NCBI GenBank assembly: GCA_044344255.1
Contig: JBIJDH010000010.1
Span: forward strand, 160,001-224,000
Reading direction: 5' to 3'
Length of the DNA stretch: 64,000 bases
Origin: Myxococcota bacterium
GTDB taxonomy: Bacteria > Myxococcota_A > UBA796 > UBA2385
Position 1 is the stretch's first letter. Each line of letters begins with the position of its first letter. This document shows positions 1-9,490 of the stretch, piece after piece. The notes beneath the pieces are model-generated. The model was not told the DNA's origin and did not search any database. It saw nothing but the letters and a program-made list of their open reading frames with translations. A program made the position numbers and the translations under genes.

Positions 1-645
1 CGCGGGCACGCCGAACTCGAGCAGCTCGCGCGCACCGCTGATGCCCTGCTGGCCGAGCGTGGCCGCGGCGTAGCGGCCGCCGTCGTTCCCGAAGTCCACC
101 GCCAGCACCCCTTCCCCAGGGCGCCCCTCGCCGAGGATCACGGCGGCCGCTGCGTCTCCCATCACGAGGTAGGAGCGCGGCGAGGCCGGGCCGATGTGGC
201 GGGAGAAGACCTCGGAGACCACGATCGCCACCGGCCCCTCCCCGGTGGCCACGAGGCGGGCGGCGAGGTCAAAGGCCGTGAGGAAGCCCGTGCAGGCGTT
301 GTTGAGGTCAAAGGCGCCGACGGTGGGCGGGAGGCCGAGCCGTGCGGCGACGGCGTTGGCGGTCGCGGGGATCAGGCTGTCCCCGCCGGTCGAGGACACG
401 AAGATCAGGCGCCGCAGCCCCGCCCCCTCGAGGCCGGCGGCGGCGAGGGCCCGCTCGAGGGCCTCCGCGCCGAGGGCGGCGGCAGCGTCGGGCGCGGGGG
501 CGGCGCGGCGGCGCGAAGTGATGCCGATCCGCGCCAGCATCACCGCGGGATCGCGCCCTGGGGCGGCCTCGGCCAGGAGGACGGCCGTCTCCACCGCCTC
601 ATCGGGGAGGGCGGCGCCCGTGCCCAGGATTCGACAGCCGATCAT
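1..645 (-). CDS. 3-oxoacyl-ACP synthase III (FabH-like), C-terminus runs off the window
   Basis: Manual translation from ATG 645: MIGCRILGTGAALP...IGITSRR...PATANAVAARLGL...AFDLNNACTGF (catalytic Cys)...GDAAAAVIL; ATG overlaps upstream stop (TGATG). Confidence 0.85.
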   Translation of the reverse strand, partial: MIGCRILGTGAALPDEAVETAVLLAEAAPGRDPAVMLARIGITSRRRAAPAPDAAAALGAEALERALAAAGLEGAGLRRLIFVSSTGGDSLIPATANAVAARLGLPPTVGAFDLNNACTGFLTAFDLAARLVATGEGPVAIVVSEVFSRHIGPASPRSYLVMGDAAAAVILGEGRPGEGVLAVDFGNDGGRYAAATLGQQGISGARELLEFGVPA

Positions 646-1379
646 CAGAGGCGGGTCGCCAGCTCGACATAGACACGGCCCAGGGCCTGGCGCGCCGCGA
701 GCGCGGCGGCGTCCCCCCGGTCCGAGAGCGGAGCCACGGGGGCCCGGGCGACCGAGAGGACCTCCCCCGAGCCCATGCGGATGACCCGCAGCTCGAGCTC
801 GGGGAGCGGGTCAGACTGCACAGCGCGCAGCTCGAAGACCAGCTCGGCGGGGACGGTGCTCGGATCGGCCTTCCATTGAGCGACCGGCAGATCGATCACG
901 CGCAGGCCGGCGGCGAGCAGGCTCTCCTGCAGCGCGTGGGAGGGCTCCTCCTTCCAGCCGGCGCCGGTGAGGCCCGGGAGCGGCGAGGCGCTCGTGACCG
1001 TGGTGGAGGCCACCTGTCCGGAGGCGAGGTTCACCGCCGTGATCGCCGTGCTCGACGACTGAAATGGCTGCTCGTCGGCGTTGAGCACGAGGATCGCGAC
1101 CCGGGGCGCCGCCCGCTCTCCGAGCCGCTGCCGTAGCGCCGCCTGGCCGACCTCGAGGGCCTGGTCGACCGGCTTGCGGAGGACGTGCGGATCTCGCTCG
1201 ACCCGCGCCGCGCCCTTCGCGGCCGACGCGGCCGGCGCCGGGGGGACGACCATCGGCCCCGCCCCTGCGGTCCAGGGGGCCGCGCAGCCGAGGAGCAGGG
1301 GGAGCAGCAGCGCGCTCCAGGGGGCTCGAGGCGCGGGGGCTCGGCGCGGGGGGGCTGCGCTCATGGTGTGTTCCCTCAC
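645..1379 (-). CDS. Hypothetical lipoprotein
   Basis: Hydrophobic stretch ending LLLGC; coupled to neighbours; start may be 1364. Confidence 0.65.
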   Translation of the reverse strand: MREHTMSAAPPRRAPAPRAPWSALLLPLLLGCAAPWTAGAGPMVVPPAPAASAAKGAARVERDPHVLRKPVDQALEVGQAALRQRLGERAAPRVAILVLNADEQPFQSSSTAITAVNLASGQVASTTVTSASPLPGLTGAGWKEEPSHALQESLLAAGLRVIDLPVAQWKADPSTVPAELVFELRAVQSDPLPELELRVIRMGSGEVLSVARAPVAPLSDRGDAAALAARQALGRVYVELATRL

Positions 1380-1792
1380 GGGGTCTTGATCTCGATGAAG
1401 AAGCTGGCGGCGTCGGCCTTCAGGCTCTCCACCGCGTAGGCCACGGTGCCATTGCCGGTGACGGTCTTCATCTCAAAGGGCGTCTCGTCGCCGCTCAGCC
1501 CGCCGTCGGCGCCACGGAAGCGGGTCCGCACCTGGAAGGCGAAGGGCTTCGCCGACAAGGAGGCGAGCTCGAGCTCCACCCGCAGCCGCCCGTCGGCGGT
1601 CCGAGAGACCGTCTGGCGCTGAACGCCCACGAGCTTCCAGGCGGCCTGATCGAGGGCGACGATGTTGCTGGTGGGCTCGATGCCGGGCCAGGTCTGGACC
1701 GGGACGGGCTCCCGGTAGGGGCAGCCCGCGAGCAGCAGGCCGAGGGCCACCCATCGGAGGGGGTTTGACCCGATTATGCGTGCTTGACTCAC
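1376..1792 (-). CDS. YcfL/DUF1425-like lipoprotein
   Basis: LLLAGC lipobox, small beta-rich domain (LRVELEL...FQVRTRFRGADG), next to lpoB; GTG start overlaps lpoB stop (GTGA). Confidence 0.7.
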   Translation of the reverse strand: MSQARIIGSNPLRWVALGLLLAGCPYREPVPVQTWPGIEPTSNIVALDQAAWKLVGVQRQTVSRTADGRLRVELELASLSAKPFAFQVRTRFRGADGGLSGDETPFEMKTVTGNGTVAYAVESLKADAASFFIEIKTP

Positions 1793-2409
1793 TGGTACAT
1801 GACGCCCCATGAACCCTCCTTTTTCATCTGGAAGGAGCTCGACCAGCCCACGATGCCCGTCTCGGCGTCGGTGAGCTGGAAGCGGATGACGACGTAGTCG
1901 CTCTGGGCCTCCGAGGTGGAGGCCGACAGAGACTGGATCTCGCCTTCGAGGAAATAGTCAGCCCCGGCCATGGCCTTCATCCCGGCGCTGTCGACCTGCC
2001 CCGCGCGCTTCATCTCGCGCTCCTTCATGATCTGATCGACGATGTCCCGGTTGAGGATCGCGAGCTTGCCGGCGGAGTTCTGGATGAGGATGTCGGTGAT
2101 GAGCGTGGTGAAGATGTTCTGGTCGATGAGGAAGCGCGACCGGTTCTTCACCGGGATCACCGCGATGCGCGGCGCGCCCTGGAAGGCCTGGATGATCGGG
2201 CTCGCCAGGAGGTCGCGGGCCATCTGGGAGGCCACCGCCCGCACGTCCCGGGCCTCGATGCCCGTGCCCTCGACCGCGCCGTAAGCGTCGGGGTCCACGT
2301 AGGTGGTCTTCTTCGTCTTGACGCAGCCGGCGCCCAGCACAAGGGCGAGGAGCGGCAGGAGGAAGGCAGCAGGGGGGGATCGCATTCGGAGTGCTCCAGG
2401 GTGGGGCAT
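1789..2409 (-). CDS. lpoB: Penicillin-binding protein activator LpoB-family lipoprotein
   Basis: LGAGC lipobox; DVRAVASQMARDLLASP, VKNRS, GADYFLEGEI, FQLTDAETGIVGWS typical of LpoB/CsgG-like fold. Confidence 0.75.
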   Translation of the reverse strand: MPHPGALRMRSPPAAFLLPLLALVLGAGCVKTKKTTYVDPDAYGAVEGTGIEARDVRAVASQMARDLLASPIIQAFQGAPRIAVIPVKNRSRFLIDQNIFTTLITDILIQNSAGKLAILNRDIVDQIMKEREMKRAGQVDSAGMKAMAGADYFLEGEIQSLSASTSEAQSDYVVIRFQLTDAETGIVGWSSSFQMKKEGSWGVMYQ

Positions 2410-3938
2410 CAGGGGCCCTCGGCGCCGAGGGTGACGGCGCCGCCGGGTTGGAGGGTCGGGACGAGCCGGACGAGCTGGCCCGCCGCCGGGACGTTGACGT
2501 GGTAGCTGCGCTCTCCGAGGCTGAGCTCGTGGGCGCCCGGGCTCCACCGCCCGGCGACGAGGTACCAGGCCTCCGGATCGAAGCTCCAGGCGCGGATGTC
2601 GGCGGCGGGGTTCGTGACCGCGGCGCCGATCATCAGCCCGAGGCCGACGAGGCCCGCGACCGCGGCGACGGAGTCGTTGGGGTTGTTGTGCGCGAGGGTG
2701 TCGGCGATGCTCGCCAGCATGTAGCCGGTGATCAGCGCGGTGTCCTTGAAGACGGCCTTGCCCTTGAGGAAGCGGTCCACCGCGCGGCCGCCGCGGGTGG
2801 TGGCCTGGAAGCTCAGGCTGTCGAGGTAGAGCGGGCGCAGCGGGGCGCCGTCGAGGCGCACCTGGAGCGGCCCGCCGGGCTCGCCGCCGGGCTCGATCAC
2901 CAACACCTCGCCATAATCGCCGGTGCGCCGCTTGGCCGGGCCGTAGCCCCGCTCGACGAGGATCACGACGTTGGGCTCATCCTGGAGGAGGGCCTCCGCC
3001 TCGGCGGCGAAGGCGGCGCAGGTGGGGTCGGCCCCCGCGGGGAGCTCCGCCACCCTCTTCATCCAGGCCTCAGCGACCGCAGGCAGGGCCTCGCCGGCCG
3101 CCTCGAAGTCCCGCGCCCGGAAGGCCTGGAGGCCGGGGAGCCGCTCGTCCTTGTCCACCGTGGGCTGGTCGAGCAGCAGGGTGCTCGCGATGGAGAGGGT
3201 GGCCTTGGCGGCCTGGGCCGGATCACGCGCCGCGGCGGAGACGCCGGCCGGGAGCGCGCTGTAGAGGAGGACCCGCGCCTGATCGGCCCCCTCGGCGGCG
3301 CCGCCCCGGCCCTCGAGGCGCTCGGAGAGCGCGCGGAGGGTGCTGCGGCCGCAGACCGCATCGACGCCGCGCCCCAGGGCCTGAGCGGCGTTGTCGCGCT
3401 CCCGCTCGGCCTGGTAGGCGAGGGCCTGGAGGAGCCAGGCCGGCACGAAGTCCGAGCGGTATCGCTCCTCTCGCGTGCCCGTGTCGGCGAGGATGGCCGA
3501 CTTGTACATGGCGAGGGCGTTGCCCCGGTCGCCCTCGGCGTGGAGCAGCAGGCCGAGGGTGAGGTAGGCGGCCATCTTCTCGTAGGGCTCGCCCTTCCAG
3601 TCCTTCCGCTGCTCGGCGCCCAGGGTGGCGGCGAACTCGCCGTCGGCCTGGAAGTCGGTCATGATCGAGACCGCCACCCGGAGGGCGGCCTCGGCGGCGG
3701 CGGCGTCGCCCTGGGCGAAGGACATGCTGGCGAGGTCGAGGTTGTCGAGGGCGCGGCGGCTCCCCGGCAGGGCGGCCTTCTCGCGCTGTTCTCGCAGCAC
3801 CAGGGCGGGGTCCCCCGCCCGATACCGCTCGTCGGCCGGGAGCTGCTTGGGCGCGCAGGCGACGGAGCAGAGCCCCAGCGCGGCGAGCAGGCTGAGCCGG
3901 AGGGGCGCCGGGCGCGCGCGGGCAACAAATGAGTGCAT
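2409..3938 (-). CDS. COG3014-like TPR lipoprotein
   Basis: Lipobox SVAC; WKGEPYEK, VILVERGYGP and ADIRAW motifs characteristic of the COG3014 family usually found with lpoB. Confidence 0.7.
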   Translation of the reverse strand: MHSFVARARPAPLRLSLLAALGLCSVACAPKQLPADERYRAGDPALVLREQREKAALPGSRRALDNLDLASMSFAQGDAAAAEAALRVAVSIMTDFQADGEFAATLGAEQRKDWKGEPYEKMAAYLTLGLLLHAEGDRGNALAMYKSAILADTGTREERYRSDFVPAWLLQALAYQAERERDNAAQALGRGVDAVCGRSTLRALSERLEGRGGAAEGADQARVLLYSALPAGVSAAARDPAQAAKATLSIASTLLLDQPTVDKDERLPGLQAFRARDFEAAGEALPAVAEAWMKRVAELPAGADPTCAAFAAEAEALLQDEPNVVILVERGYGPAKRRTGDYGEVLVIEPGGEPGGPLQVRLDGAPLRPLYLDSLSFQATTRGGRAVDRFLKGKAVFKDTALITGYMLASIADTLAHNNPNDSVAAVAGLVGLGLMIGAAVTNPAADIRAWSFDPEAWYLVAGRWSPGAHELSLGERSYHVNVPAAGQLVRLVPTLQPGGAVTLGAEGP

Positions 3939-3995
3939 GGGCCTTCCCGGCGAGGGGCGCCGTCCTTACCGTGTTGAAACCATCCGGCAAGGCAC

Positions 3996-5111
3996 ATGTT
4001 CCACTCGCTCCTGTCTCCCAAGCGTGTATTTCGGGGCCTCCTCTTCGGGCTGCTGCTCGGGCTCGGCCTCCATCAGGCCCCGGCCCTCGCCGGCCCAACG
4101 AGCTTCGCCCGGCCCACCGAGGCGGTGGACGCCGAGGGGGCCCTCTCGCCGCTCCCAGAGCCGCCGGCCGGCTGGAAGAGCCAGCGCGGGGTCTACGCCC
4201 AGGTGCACACCGATCCCGCCGACGTCGCGCAGGGCCGCCGCCTGCTCCAGCACGCCGAGGCCGCCGTGCCCCGCCTCGCCGCGGCCCTCGGCCTCGCGCC
4301 CGGGCGCACCATCGAGATCTACCTGAGCCCCGACCAGAAGACCTTCGACACCATGCAGCCCGGCGAGCCCCCCGGCTGGGCGGACGGTACCGCCTGGCCG
4401 AGCCGCGGCCTCATCTACCTCCGCTCGCCCCGCGTCCGCCCCGGCGACGCCGCCCCGCTCGAGCAGGTCCTCGATCACGAGCTGGTGCACATCATCCTCG
4501 GCCGGGCCTTCCTGCCGCGGGCCGTGCCGCGCTGGCTGCAAGAGGGGGCCGCCCAGCTCTTCGCCGGCGAGATCAAGCCCGAGATGACCGAGCGCATCGG
4601 CCTCGGCATGCTCACGGGGGGCCTCATCCCCTTGGAGGACCTCACCCGCGGCTTCCCCGATGACCCCCTCCGCGCCCAGCTCGCGTACGCAGAGTCCGCC
4701 GACTTCGTCGCCTGGCTCAAGAGCACCTACGGTGAGGAGGCCCTTCACACCGTCATCCTCGGCCTCTCCCAGGGCCGGCCCCCCGCCGCGACCCTCCGTG
4801 AGGCCACCGGCAAGAGCCTCCAGGAGCTCAACGACGAGTGGCGCGACCGGCTGTCGGCCTCCGGCCTCTGGCTGCGCCCCCTCGTCAGCGACTCGGCGCT
4901 GTTCGGCGTCGGCGCGGTGCTGATGGTGCTCGGCTACCTCCGCAAGCGGAAGAAGAGCCAGGACCGCATGGAGCGCTGGACCCGCGAGGACGCGCTGCAG
5001 GACAAGCTCGAGCGCGACCTCTCCCAGCCCTGGACGATGGGCCCGCCCCCGCGCGCCCTCCTCCCGACTGTGCTCCCAAACGGGATGCCCACCCACCCGC
5101 TCATCCACTGA
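3996..5111 (+). CDS. Peptidase MA-family zinc metallohydrolase with C-terminal TM anchor
   Basis: HELVH (HExxH), PRWLQEGAA, AYAES; signal peptide; C-terminal TM plus basic tail. Confidence 0.85.
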   Translation: MFHSLLSPKRVFRGLLFGLLLGLGLHQAPALAGPTSFARPTEAVDAEGALSPLPEPPAGWKSQRGVYAQVHTDPADVAQGRRLLQHAEAAVPRLAAALGLAPGRTIEIYLSPDQKTFDTMQPGEPPGWADGTAWPSRGLIYLRSPRVRPGDAAPLEQVLDHELVHIILGRAFLPRAVPRWLQEGAAQLFAGEIKPEMTERIGLGMLTGGLIPLEDLTRGFPDDPLRAQLAYAESADFVAWLKSTYGEEALHTVILGLSQGRPPAATLREATGKSLQELNDEWRDRLSASGLWLRPLVSDSALFGVGAVLMVLGYLRKRKKSQDRMERWTREDALQDKLERDLSQPWTMGPPPRALLPTVLPNGMPTHPLIH

Positions 5112-5151
5112 TCGGCGCCCCCGAGCTCATCCACTGAAGGGGGCGCCGGGC

Positions 5152-6291
5152 TCAGCCGCCGCGGGTGAAGGTGCGGGTGTAGTCGAGGTTGCCGTCCTGG
5201 TCGTAGAACTCGCCGACGAACACGTCGCCTTCGATCTGCACCCACAGGAAGCCTGGCTCGCTCGCGTCCTCGTAGAAGGTGGGGGCGTCGCGGCCGACGA
5301 GCTCGGTGGTCTTGGCGGCGGCGCCGGAGACGATGAGCTCCATGCCGCAAGAGGGCTCGAGCCACTGCCGGTTGTGGTCGTGACCGGCGAAGTAGAGGTC
5401 CATCTTGCCGCAGAGGTGGTCGTCGACGAAGTCTTTCACCGTCTCGCCGTTGGCGATCGGCAGCCAGTCGTAGCCTTCGTACTCCCCGGCGTTCCCGTGC
5501 TGGCCGTTGGAGAGGTAGGGGTGGTGGCCGAGGGCGATGTGCCAGGTCTCGGTGGCGGCCGACCGCGCGCCGTCGACAAAGTCACCCTGACCGGAGTCTC
5601 CCCAGATCGACTCGAGCATGATCGAGTTCGTGTCCAGGGCGTAGAAGCGCACGTGCTCGGCGGCCCAGGTGTACTGCTTGTCGGGCATGGTCCACTTCGA
5701 GGCGCCGGTGCTGCCGTAGGCGACCTCGTAGTCGGCCTTGTACTCGAGCAGCGAGAGCGAGCCATAGTCGTGGTTGCCGAGCACCACGTAGAAGAGGAAG
5801 CCGAGGTCAGCGTAGGGGAGCTCGAACTTGGTCTGGAACTGCTCGTCGTCCTCGCTGTTGACGCCGTCATCGTAGAAGTTGTCGCCGAGGTAGAGCGCAA
5901 AGTCGCAGCCGGCGCGGTCGTCGGTCTTGGCGGTGCAGACCGCGAGCATCGCGTCGGCCACCTTGTACTGGGCGTCGTTACCCTCGCCGCCGTCTCCGAG
6001 CGCCACGAAGCGGACCATCGGGGCCGGGGGTTCGGCGTCGGTGTCGGCGTCCGAGTCGGCGTCGGTGTCGGCGTCGGTGTCGGCATCGGCGTCTGAGTCG
6101 GTGTCGGCGTCGGTGTCCCCGTCGGCGTCCCCGTCACCGTCGGCGTCCGAGTCGGCGTCTGCCTCTTCTCCCAGGCTCCCCTCCCCCTTCGCGTCCGTCG
6201 TCGTCGCGCAGCCCGAAGCCAGGAGCAGGACCGAGAGGGCGGCGGCACGGGGGCCCGGTGAGCACAGCGACGGGAGCAGGCGAACCGACAT
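5152..6291 (-). CDS. Secreted metallophosphoesterase (purple/tartrate-resistant acid phosphatase-like)
   Basis: ALGDGG, LGDNFY, LGNHD, GHHP, AGHDH motifs; lipobox ASGC; Asp-rich linker. Confidence 0.9.
   Translation of the reverse strand: MSVRLLPSLCSPGPRAAALSVLLLASGCATTTDAKGEGSLGEEADADSDADGDGDADGDTDADTDSDADADTDADTDADSDADTDAEPPAPMVRFVALGDGGEGNDAQYKVADAMLAVCTAKTDDRAGCDFALYLGDNFYDDGVNSEDDEQFQTKFELPYADLGFLFYVVLGNHDYGSLSLLEYKADYEVAYGSTGASKWTMPDKQYTWAAEHVRFYALDTNSIMLESIWGDSGQGDFVDGARSAATETWHIALGHHPYLSNGQHGNAGEYEGYDWLPIANGETVKDFVDDHLCGKMDLYFAGHDHNRQWLEPSCGMELIVSGAAAKTTELVGRDAPTFYEDASEPGFLWVQIEGDVFVGEFYDQDGNLDYTRTFTRGG
6035..6160 (-). repeat. Coding hexanucleotide repeats encoding a (DA/DT/DS/DG)n linker
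   Basis: Repeated GACGCC/GACACC units encode DADSDADGDGDADGDTDADTD... Confidence 0.85.
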
Positions 6292-6435
6292 GGAGACCTC
6301 GAAGGGGGCCGACAGCGCCCCGTCGGACGGTAGCGCCGTCGAGGGCGTCTGACCAGCGACGACCGCCGAAAAGGGCGCCGGTCCGTCGAGGGGCGGGGCT
6401 GGTGGAGCCCCCTCGCCTCGACTACCCTCCTCGGT

Positions 6436-7914
6436 ATGGCCCCCTGGCGCTCCCGCACCGCCCCCCTGCTGCTCGTTTCGGCCCTCGGCGCCGCGCTCGT
6501 CGGAGCCGCCCGCGCCGGCGGGAGGCCCGTCGCGATCGTGATCCCCGTCGAGGAGGCCGTCTCCGGGCCGCCGAGCCAGACCTGCGAGGCGGCGCTGGCC
6601 CTGGCCGCCGAGGACAAGGAAACCCGCCCGCCCGTGGAGCTGCGAGACACCACCGCGCCCACACCCGCGACCGCCCTCGGCCCCCGCACCCGCGCCGAGA
6701 ACCCGCCCATGGCGCGGATCCCCATCGGCTCGAGCCCCGCCGCCCGCGCGCAGCTCCCCGGGGCCCAGCCCGAGCTCTTGCCGCTGCAGCCCCTCGAGGG
6801 CCGCCCCGACGCGCTCCTCCGGGTGGGCGAGGTGCTGCGCCGGGCCTCCGCCGGGCAGCCCGTGCGCATCAGCGTCTTCGGCGCCTCCCACACCGCAGGG
6901 GACTACTGGACCGGCGAGCTGCGGCGCCTGCTCCAGGCTCGTCACGGGGACCGCGGGCACGGCTTCATCTGGCCCGCCGCCGTCTTCACTGGCAGCCGCG
7001 CCCAGGACGTCAACCTCTGCCGCAGCCCCGGCTGGCGCCCGGACTACGTCGGTCGGACGGGCGGCCGCGACGACGGCCTCTACGGCCTCGGCGCCTCGGT
7101 GAGCAGCGCCGACCCCGCCGACTTCGGCTGGATCGAGACCACCTCGAAGAACCCCCAGGGGCGGCAGGTCTCCCGCTACGAGCTCTTGACGCTCGGCCAG
7201 CCGGCGGGCGGCACCCTGCTCGTCACCATCGACGAGACCGCCCCGCGCGCCATCTCCACCCGCGCCAGCGCCCCCACCTTGCTCTGGCATCAGCTCCCGG
7301 TGCCCGACGGCCCCCACCGCCTCACGGTGCAGCCGCTCGGCGACGGCGAGGTCCGCGTGCTCGGCCTCTCCGCCGAGCGGGACGGCCCGGGCGTGATCGT
7401 AGACGCCATCGGCGTCAACGGCCGCGAGGCCCGCACCTGGCTCCAGTGGGACCCCGCCCTCACCTTCCCCGCCCTGCAGGTCCTCTCCCCCGACCTCGTC
7501 ATCCTCGCTTACGGGGTCAACGAGGCCAATGACACGACCTACACGATGGAGGACTATCGGAGCGACCTCTCCGAGAGCCTCCGCCGGATGCGCCGCGCCT
7601 TGCCCGACGCCGCCTGCATCCTCGCCGGCCCCACCGATCGCGGCCGAGAGCTCGGGCGGGCGGTGTACGGGGTTTGGCCGCGCACCCAGCCCATCGCCCA
7701 GGTGCAGCGGGAGGTGGCCCCCGTCTTCGGCTGCGCCTTCTGGGACTGGCAAGAGGCCATGGGCGGCCCGGGCAGCGCGCTCGGCCTCCGTTTCCGCGAG
7801 CCCGCCTTCATGAGCGCAGACCTCATCCACCTCTCGGCCAAGGGCTACGCCTGGTCCGCCCAGCAGCTCCTCCTCGCGATGGAGGACGCGGCGGGGCCCG
7901 CGCGGCGCCCGTGA
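6436..7914 (+). CDS. SGNH/GDSL hydrolase or O-acetyltransferase (PatB/Ape-like)
   Basis: FGASHTAGD (block I variant), GVNG, YGVNE, DLIHL (DxxH). Confidence 0.8.
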   Translation: MAPWRSRTAPLLLVSALGAALVGAARAGGRPVAIVIPVEEAVSGPPSQTCEAALALAAEDKETRPPVELRDTTAPTPATALGPRTRAENPPMARIPIGSSPAARAQLPGAQPELLPLQPLEGRPDALLRVGEVLRRASAGQPVRISVFGASHTAGDYWTGELRRLLQARHGDRGHGFIWPAAVFTGSRAQDVNLCRSPGWRPDYVGRTGGRDDGLYGLGASVSSADPADFGWIETTSKNPQGRQVSRYELLTLGQPAGGTLLVTIDETAPRAISTRASAPTLLWHQLPVPDGPHRLTVQPLGDGEVRVLGLSAERDGPGVIVDAIGVNGREARTWLQWDPALTFPALQVLSPDLVILAYGVNEANDTTYTMEDYRSDLSESLRRMRRALPDAACILAGPTDRGRELGRAVYGVWPRTQPIAQVQREVAPVFGCAFWDWQEAMGGPGSALGLRFREPAFMSADLIHLSAKGYAWSAQQLLLAMEDAAGPARRP

Positions 7915-7951
7915 GCCACCTCGGCGCCGCCGCCCGGTGTAAGCTCTCCCC

Positions 7952-8509
7952 GTGCTCGCCCTCCTGCTGCTGCCCCTCGCCTGCCTCACCGCGCCCTCGG
8001 TCGAACCCGATCAGGCGGGGCCCTTCCACGAGGGCGATCCGCTCATCTCCGGCCTGCACGTCACGTGTGACCCCGAGGCCGGCCGGTGGGACCTCCGCCT
8101 CCGCACCGTCGGCTGGACCGGCGGGGCCCGCCTCTACATCGCGAGCGGCCCCGCGCAGATCGAGCAGCACAACGTCTCCTCGGACAAGGCCGATCGCGAC
8201 GGCGCTTGGGACTGCCTGGACCTCAGCCTCGCCGTCTCCCCCGACTGGCAGGAGGCCAGCTCGGGCGCCTCCACCCGCTGGCGCTGCGACGACGCCCCCG
8301 GCCTGAGCTTCGCCCTCGTCGCCTACGATCCCCATGGCGACCACGTGAGCGACTGCCGGATCTGGGGGGCCGATCCCACCCTCTGGGCCTCGGTGGAGGG
8401 CGGCCCCGCCTGCGACATCGTCCTCGACACCGACACGGGGGCCGACACCGGGGCCGACACCGACACCGAGGGAGAGTGGCCCGGAGACGTCGATGCCTGC
8501 GGGGGTTGA
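7952..8509 (+). CDS. Hypothetical lipoprotein
   Basis: LLLPLAC lipobox-like, Cys-containing domain, DTDTGAD acidic tail. Confidence 0.6.
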   Translation: MLALLLLPLACLTAPSVEPDQAGPFHEGDPLISGLHVTCDPEAGRWDLRLRTVGWTGGARLYIASGPAQIEQHNVSSDKADRDGAWDCLDLSLAVSPDWQEASSGASTRWRCDDAPGLSFALVAYDPHGDHVSDCRIWGADPTLWASVEGGPACDIVLDTDTGADTGADTDTEGEWPGDVDACGG

Positions 8510-9431
8510 CACACACGCCGGGACGGGCTCAGCGGCGGGGGGCCGAGATCCTCGCCTGGCGGGGCAGGCCGCCACCCTCGCCGCCCGCGCCCACCTCGCG
8601 CTGACCGGGAGCCGCGAGCCCATCGACCTCGCCCTCGTCTTCGCCTCCGGGCGCAGCGCCCAGGACGCCGCCCCCATCCTCGAGGCTGTCGCCGAGCTCA
8701 GCGAGGCGCAGCAGATCGTCGGCTGCAGCGCCTCCGCCGTCTCCACCGAGGCCGGCACCCTCGAGGACGGGGTCGCGGTGATGCTCCTCCAGGGCTCCTT
8801 CGCAGTCGTGGCGAGCACAGGGGCGCTCGAGCGCGATCCCGCCGGCGCCGCGCGATCCCTCGCTCGAAAGCTCCACCGGCGCGGCGAAGGGCCAGGGGCC
8901 GTGCTGCTCCTGCTCGACCCCCGCAGCCTCCGCGGGCCCGCCTTCCTCGACGCCCTCCGCGATGCGCTGCCACCCGGCACCCCCATCTTCGGCGGCGCGG
9001 CCGGCCTCACCGCAGGGCGGTGCTGGGTGGCCGGTGGCCCCACGCGCCCCCGCCCGCCGGTGGCCCAAGCCGACGCCGTCGTCGCCATCGGGCTCCCCGA
9101 GATGCCGCTGCGCTTCTGCCTCGCGCCCGTCTACCCGCCGGACCCCCAGGACTCCCAAGACTCCCAGGACCCTCAGGCCTCCCCCCGGACCGCCGCCTTC
9201 GACGACCGTCAGCTCCGCCTCGAAGATCCGGCGGCCCCCGGCCGGCTCCGCGACGCCCGCTTCGCGCTCCTGATCGACGGTCCCCACGGGGTCGGCCCCG
9301 GGCCCGTGGCGACGGCGCTGCCGGGCCTGCCCCTCATCGGCTGGCGCGGCCCCCGCCTCATCGCCCCGATTGAGGCCCGCCCCGCCGAGCTGATTGGCGG
9401 GAGCGCGCTGATCGTCGCCTCCGATCCCTGA
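8493..9431 (+). CDS. FIST N-terminal domain protein (C-terminal part degenerate)
   Basis: DLALVFAS, IVGCSA, LLLLDP, PIFGGAAG motifs; start uncertain. Confidence 0.65.
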   Translation: MPAGVDTHAGTGSAAGGRDPRLAGQAATLAARAHLALTGSREPIDLALVFASGRSAQDAAPILEAVAELSEAQQIVGCSASAVSTEAGTLEDGVAVMLLQGSFAVVASTGALERDPAGAARSLARKLHRRGEGPGAVLLLLDPRSLRGPAFLDALRDALPPGTPIFGGAAGLTAGRCWVAGGPTRPRPPVAQADAVVAIGLPEMPLRFCLAPVYPPDPQDSQDSQDPQASPRTAAFDDRQLRLEDPAAPGRLRDARFALLIDGPHGVGPGPVATALPGLPLIGWRGPRLIAPIEARPAELIGGSALIVASDP

Positions 9432-9445
9432 GCGATCGCCCGCGA

Positions 9446-9478
9446 TCGCTGGGCGACCGCAGCGCGACCGCCCAGCGA
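9446..9478. terminator. GC-rich hairpin between convergent genes
   Basis: TCGCTGGGCG...CGCCCAGCGA inverted repeat; no U-tract. Confidence 0.4.
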
Positions 9479-9490
9479 CCCAACGGGGGC

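Noticed and set aside
5152..7989. Extended N-termini from the ORF track (also 35798-38830, 44493-46892, 20552-22177, 47372-49750)
   Set aside because: They overlap real neighbouring genes or leaders; internal starts with signal peptides or SD sequences fit better
9141..9176. DPQDSQDSQDPQ 9-bp micro-repeat in the FIST gene
   Set aside because: Short in-frame slippage repeat with no evidence of function
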